Part shown: positions 59,111 through 64,000 of the stretch, piece by piece
Layout of the letters: every line of letters begins with the position of its first letter
How positions within the stretch are numbered: the first letter of the stretch is position 1
Source of the DNA: Sulfurospirillaceae bacterium
Lineage (GTDB): Bacteria > Campylobacterota > Campylobacteria > Campylobacterales > Sulfurospirillaceae
Direction: 5' to 3'
NCBI GenBank assembly: GCA_033723415.1
Contig: JAWVXD010000001.1
Span: 384,001 to 448,000 of the forward strand
Length of the DNA stretch: 64,000 nt
The notes under the pieces: generated by a model
Databases searched by the model: none
The model's input: only the letters and a program-made list of their open reading frames with translations
What the model was told of the DNA's origin: nothing
Program-made: the position numbers and the translations under genes

Positions 59111-60667
59111 TTATCTTGCAAAATCCACCGAACGAACTTCTCGTATAACGTTGACTTTGATCTCGCCTGGATACTGAACTTTTTCTTCTATTTCTTTTGC
59201 GATCTCTTTTGCTAAAAGAACAGCTTCATCATCATTTATCAGTTTTGCATTTGCTATGACTCTGATTTCACGACCTGCGTTGATTGCATAAGCATGTTTG
59301 ATGCCATCTTTACCTGTTGCTATCTCTTCTATGTCTTGAACTCTTTTCAAGAATGCTTCCAATACTTCACGTCTAGCACCAGGTCTTGCAGCTGAAAGCG
59401 TATCTGCTGCACAAACGGCTGCTGATTCGACAGAAAGAGGTTCTTCATGACCATGGTGAGCAAATATAGCATTGATGACTACAGGATGTTCTTTATATCT
59501 TCTACATACGTCAGCTCCCAAGTCCACATGACTTCCAGGGAAATCGTGTGTCAATGCTTTGCCTATATCATGTAGGATACCGGCTCGTCTTGCTAGGATT
59601 TCATCTCCGCCTGTTTCAGCTGCTATGATACCTGCCAAGTGAGCTACTTCCAAAGAGTGTCCAAGTGCGTTTTGTCCGTAACTTGCTCTAAATTTCAATC
59701 TTCCTATCAACTTGATTATCTCAGGGTGAATTCTGCTTAGGCCTAAATCCATAACAATATTTTGCCCCTCTTCTATCAATCCTTGATCAAAATCTTCTTT
59801 AACCTTTTCATAGATAGACTCTATTCTCGCAGGTTGTATTCTTCCGTCTTCAACAAGTAATTCTATTACTTTTGTAGCAACAGCTCTTCTATAGAGATTA
59901 AAGCTACTTAAAATGATAGCGTTTGGAGTATCGTCTATGATGATATCAACACCTAAAAGCATCTCAAGAGTTTTGATATTTCGTCCCTCTTTACCTATAA
60001 TTCTGCCTTTTAACTCATCATTTTTAATATTTACAACATTAATTAGTCGCTCTGCAGCAAATTCTCCCGCAAATCGCGTTGTTGCCTGAGCCAATATGTA
60101 ATCGGCCTTTCTTTTACCGTCTTGTTTTGCTTCTTCTTCATATTTTCTAACAATATGTGCTATCTCGCCGCGAGATTGTTCTTCGACTTTTTTAAGAACA
60201 ATGTCTTTAGCTTCTTCTTGAGTTAAACCTGAAGATTTTTCTAAAACCATCAGCGCCTCTTTTACTTTAGAGGCATACTCTTCTTTTAGACTTTTTCCTT
60301 CTGAATAAAGTTCTTTTGCTTCTTTTTGAAGATTGCCAAGTTCACTTTTATCTTTATTTATCTTCTTTAATTCTTCTTTGTAATGATCTTCTTTTTTATC
60401 CAATTCAAGCATTTTTTCAGAATGCTCTTTCTTAAAACTGATCAATTTATCTTCATATTGCTCTCTAGCTTCAAGTTCAGCTTCTCTTACCTTTATCTTG
60501 CTATTTTTCAAGATCAATTCTGCTTCATGCTCTATAGCTTTCGCTTTTGCTTTTGCTTGTTCTACTCGCACCTCATGCTTTGCTATCTCCATTTTTTTGG
60601 AGATCAAAAACCCAAAACTAGCTCCAACTATTGCACTAGCTCCAACTACTGCTGATTCTAATATCAT
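59111..60667 (-). CDS. rny: Ribonuclease Y
   Basis: N-terminal TM, coiled coil, KH (KGRIIGKEGRNI) and HD (LHDIGK). Confidence 0.96.
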   Translation of the reverse strand: MILESAVVGASAIVGASFGFLISKKMEIAKHEVRVEQAKAKAKAIEHEAELILKNSKIKVREAELEAREQYEDKLISFKKEHSEKMLELDKKEDHYKEELKKINKDKSELGNLQKEAKELYSEGKSLKEEYASKVKEALMVLEKSSGLTQEEAKDIVLKKVEEQSRGEIAHIVRKYEEEAKQDGKRKADYILAQATTRFAGEFAAERLINVVNIKNDELKGRIIGKEGRNIKTLEMLLGVDIIIDDTPNAIILSSFNLYRRAVATKVIELLVEDGRIQPARIESIYEKVKEDFDQGLIEEGQNIVMDLGLSRIHPEIIKLIGRLKFRASYGQNALGHSLEVAHLAGIIAAETGGDEILARRAGILHDIGKALTHDFPGSHVDLGADVCRRYKEHPVVINAIFAHHGHEEPLSVESAAVCAADTLSAARPGARREVLEAFLKRVQDIEEIATGKDGIKHAYAINAGREIRVIANAKLINDDEAVLLAKEIAKEIEEKVQYPGEIKVNVIREVRSVDFAR

Positions 60668-61247
60668 TTTTCCCTCTTCTCATTGTATTATAAGGGGTAA
60701 TATAAATATCTGCTTGTATATCGTGTTTTTCGCTTACTTTATTTTTAGTATGACAATCAACCAATTCAACAAACGCTATGTGTGGTTTATAAGACAGTGA
60801 TTCAAAAAATCTATCGTACATGCCTTTTCCAAACCCAACTCTTCTAAATGCTCCGTCTACCCCAAGAACCGGAACAATAGCTAAATCAATTTTTCTACAT
60901 TTTGCAAAAGAGTTATTTGGTTCTTTTATATTAAATCTTTTGCTTTTCAATGGCAATCTAAATTTTACCATTTTAAAACTGACACCTTCCATAAACGGTA
61001 CATAAATATTATAACCCCGTCTATTTCTGCTTTTATATAGTAACTCTCTCACATCAACTTCACTTTTTAGAGGTAAATATAAGAGGATATTTTTCGCCTT
61101 AATTGTATCTATAAAATCCCATAATTTTTTTAGTACTAGCATATTTCTTTTTCTATTATTTTTGTTTGAAACTTTGTCTAGTCTTTCTTTGCAATAGCAT
61201 CTAAATTCTTGCTTTGTATCAAAGGTTAGTTTTTCCATTATCTTCAC
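60636..61247 (-). CDS. 5-formyltetrahydrofolate cyclo-ligase
   Basis: SEVD, IVPVLG and RVGFGKGMYDRFF. Confidence 0.9.
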   Translation of the reverse strand: MKIMEKLTFDTKQEFRCYCKERLDKVSNKNNRKRNMLVLKKLWDFIDTIKAKNILLYLPLKSEVDVRELLYKSRNRRGYNIYVPFMEGVSFKMVKFRLPLKSKRFNIKEPNNSFAKCRKIDLAIVPVLGVDGAFRRVGFGKGMYDRFFESLSYKPHIAFVELVDCHTKNKVSEKHDIQADIYITPYNTMRRGKNDIRISSSWS

Positions 61248-61303
61248 TTTAAGGAGCTTTTTTCTATAATATTATCCTTATTTTGATAAAAAAGGTTTTT
61301 AAT

Positions 61304-61873
61304 ATGAGAAAATATTTATATATTTTATTAATTTTGGTTCCGATTATATTTACTGCATGTTCAAATGACAAAAAAGAAACTAAAGCAGCAGATCAAAATT
61401 CTTCGATACAAAAAACAGAAAATGGAACGGTTAATAAAAGTATAACTTTAAAAGATGTAAACGGTCAAACCATTATTGCGACAAAAACAAAAAATGGATT
61501 TACTTTTTCAAATGCCAAAGATCAAGTCGTGTTGATCTGTTTCTTTGCTACCTGGTGTCCTCCTTGTAAAGCAGAAATACCTCACTTGGTAAATCTGCAA
61601 GAGAAATACAAAGGCAAACTGAAAATTATAGGTATCTTGCTTGAAAAAAACAAAGATAATGACGAGATCAAAAACTTCATAAACTATCACGCCATAAACT
61701 ATACTATAACAAACGGTGAAGGCAACTATGAACTTACGGATATGGTCGGAGGCGTCAAAAGTATACCTTTTATGATCATGTATGATAAGAAAGGAAACTA
61801 TTCAACTCATTATTTAGGGGCAATTCCTGAAGAGATGATTGATACAGATATTGAGAACACTCTAAAAAAATGA
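61304..61873 (+). CDS. TlpA-family thiol:disulfide oxidoreductase lipoprotein
   Basis: Lipobox FTAC; WCPPC active site. Confidence 0.9.
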   Translation: MRKYLYILLILVPIIFTACSNDKKETKAADQNSSIQKTENGTVNKSITLKDVNGQTIIATKTKNGFTFSNAKDQVVLICFFATWCPPCKAEIPHLVNLQEKYKGKLKIIGILLEKNKDNDEIKNFINYHAINYTITNGEGNYELTDMVGGVKSIPFMIMYDKKGNYSTHYLGAIPEEMIDTDIENTLKK

Positions 61874-62760
61874 TAGGATTTATAAAAAAAGGGCTTGCCA
61901 AAACGGTAGGTGCCATAAAAGAAGTTCTTCCGGAAAAAGTAGAAAAGATTGATAAAGGTATCTTAGAAGAGATTCTTCTAGAATCTGATGTTCCTTATGA
62001 ATTGGTTGAAGAGATAATATACTATCTTCCTCCTCAAGAAAAGATCGAAGAAAAAGATCTAAAAAGAGTTCTGAGATCATATTTTGTTTATGATATAAAA
62101 GAACAAGAAGAGGTAGCAAAGCCTTTTGTTGATCTGATCATAGGGGTCAACGGAGCAGGAAAAACTACTACTATCGCTAAACTGGCAAATAATTATAAAA
62201 ATGAAGGTAAAAGTGTTATTTTAGGAGCTGCTGATACGTTTAGAGCTGCTGCGATAGAGCAACTCAGCCGATGGGCGGAGCGATTAAACATACCAATCAT
62301 CGCAACCAAACAAGGTCATGATCCCTCAGCTGTAGCCTATGATGCCATAAGCTCTGCCATTGCAAAAAAGATCGATCATGTCATCATTGATACTGCGGGA
62401 AGATTGCATAACCAAACAAATCTATCAAACGAACTCAAGAAAATAGTCAGGATTTGCGATAAAGCAAAATCCGGATCACCTAATAGAAAGATACTCATAC
62501 TTGACGGTACACAAGGCAACTCAGCAATTAATCAGGCAAAAGCCTTCAATGAACTTGTCGGTGTTGATGCCATTATCATCACCAAACTAGACGGTACGGC
62601 TAAAGGCGGAGCATTGTTTGCTATAGCAAAGGAGTTACAACTACCTATTATTTATATAGGTGTCGGCGAAGGAAAAGATGATTTGATCTCTTTTGACGCT
62701 GATGAGTATGTAGATACTATATTAGAAAATATATTTGTAAGAACCAATGGCAAAGACTAA
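61870..62760 (+). CDS. ftsY: SRP receptor FtsY
   Basis: GVNGAGKTTT, DTFRAAA, DTAGR and TKLDGTAKGG. Confidence 0.97.
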   Translation: MIGFIKKGLAKTVGAIKEVLPEKVEKIDKGILEEILLESDVPYELVEEIIYYLPPQEKIEEKDLKRVLRSYFVYDIKEQEEVAKPFVDLIIGVNGAGKTTTIAKLANNYKNEGKSVILGAADTFRAAAIEQLSRWAERLNIPIIATKQGHDPSAVAYDAISSAIAKKIDHVIIDTAGRLHNQTNLSNELKKIVRICDKAKSGSPNRKILILDGTQGNSAINQAKAFNELVGVDAIIITKLDGTAKGGALFAIAKELQLPIIYIGVGEGKDDLISFDADEYVDTILENIFVRTNGKD

Positions 62761-64000
62761 AACACTATTTGAATGTCAAGCTTGCGGTCAACAAAGCAGC
62801 AAATGGATGGGAAAATGTCCTAATTGTGGAGCTTGGGATCAATTTTTAGAATTAAATCAAAAACAGATTGAAATCTTAAAAGAGATAAGTCCGCACAAAG
62901 CAAGTTATGTCGGTGCCCTGCCTATAACACAAATCGAACATGAAAAAATAGATAAATTTTCTTCAGGCGACAAAGAGTTAGATTTGGTACTAGGCGGTGG
63001 TATTGTCAATGGAAGCCTAGTCTTAGTCGGTGGAAGTCCCGGAGTCGGGAAATCAACTCTTCTTTTAAAGATAGCAGGGAACATAGCAAAACAAAACGGT
63101 AAAGTACTTTATGTAAGCGCAGAAGAATCCACAAGCCAGATCAAACTTCGATCAGACAGATTGGATAGTAACGATGACAATCTATTTTTATTGTCGGAAA
63201 TCAGACTTGACATCATCTTTGATGAGCTAAAAAAGCAAGATTTCAATCTTCTTATCATAGATTCCATACAGACTATTTATAGTGATAAATTAACGGCGGC
63301 TCCAGGAAGCGTATCACAAGTAAGAGAGATCACTTTTGATCTTATGCGTTATGCAAAAGAGAGCAATGTTGCTATATTTATCATAGGACATATCACTAAA
63401 GAAGGTTCAATCGCAGGGCCTAGAGTCTTAGAACATATGGTTGATACTGTTTTATATTTTGAAGGTGATTCTTCAAGAGAATTACGACTTTTAAGAGGTT
63501 TTAAAAATCGTTTTGGACCGACTAGTGAAGTCGGCATATTTGAGATGACAAAAAAAGGCTTAGTGAGCGCAAAGGATATATCCAAGAAATTTTTCACAAG
63601 AGGCAACGCACAATCCGGATCTGCAACTACCGTTGTCATGGAAGGCTCTCGTCCAATCGTACTTGAAGTCCAAGCATTGGTGAGCGAAAGCGGATATCCT
63701 AACCCAAAAAGAAGCGCCACCGGGTATGAACTTAACAGACTTACGATGCTTTTGGCACTGCTGGAGAGAAAACTTGACTTGCCCTTTAATCAATATGACG
63801 TATTTATAAATATAGCCGGGGGCATAAAGATAAATGAGACAGCTGCCGATTTAGCTATTATAGCAGCTATTATAAGCAGTTTTAGAGATAGACCTATAAG
63901 TAAAGATACAGTATTTTTAGGAGAAGTCAGCTTGATTGGAGATATAAGAGACGTATATAGCTTGGATGTCAGACTCAAGGAAGCCAAATCTCAACATTTC
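62747..64000 (+). CDS. radA: DNA repair protein RadA/Sms, 3'-truncated by the window edge
   Basis: MAKTKTLFECQACG...KCPNC zinc finger, GSPGVGKS and KNRFG. Confidence 0.95.
   Translation, partial: MAKTKTLFECQACGQQSSKWMGKCPNCGAWDQFLELNQKQIEILKEISPHKASYVGALPITQIEHEKIDKFSSGDKELDLVLGGGIVNGSLVLVGGSPGVGKSTLLLKIAGNIAKQNGKVLYVSAEESTSQIKLRSDRLDSNDDNLFLLSEIRLDIIFDELKKQDFNLLIIDSIQTIYSDKLTAAPGSVSQVREITFDLMRYAKESNVAIFIIGHITKEGSIAGPRVLEHMVDTVLYFEGDSSRELRLLRGFKNRFGPTSEVGIFEMTKKGLVSAKDISKKFFTRGNAQSGSATTVVMEGSRPIVLEVQALVSESGYPNPKRSATGYELNRLTMLLALLERKLDLPFNQYDVFINIAGGIKINETAADLAIIAAIISSFRDRPISKDTVFLGEVSLIGDIRDVYSLDVRLKEAKSQHF

Noticed and set aside
63349..63987. Minus-strand ORFs at the window end
   Set aside because: Antisense to radA; the many other short antisense ORFs inside confident genes were rejected for the same reason

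Overview
AT-rich chromosomal window from a Campylobacterota (epsilonproteobacterial) genome; the TetR-hupSL-hydABCDE, cbpA-hspR and xerH gene content resembles Sulfurospirillum. The left part carries two [NiFe]-hydrogenases and a tungsten aldehyde:ferredoxin oxidoreductase module. The right part is mostly housekeeping (secA, lolA, ribBA, two tRNAs, rny, ftsY, radA). The main finding is a ~9.2 kb provirus (about 24619-33856) beside the host chromosome-dimer resolvase gene xerH. It looks like a tailless, membrane-containing double-jelly-roll (Varidnaviria, STIV/PM2-like) virus, with a capsid protein, an A32/FtsK-HerA packaging ATPase, small membrane proteins, a spike, a holin, a muralytic enzyme and a wHTH replication protein. 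It encodes no integrase and sits in the host difH site, bounded by a 24-bp imperfect direct repeat. Its reconstructed attP can fold into a CTXphi-like forked hairpin. Circularisation rebuilds an 80-codon ORF whose stop codon overlaps the rep start codon (ATGA), so integration itself may switch replication off. Protein family calls come from motif recognition by eye; no database searches were run.
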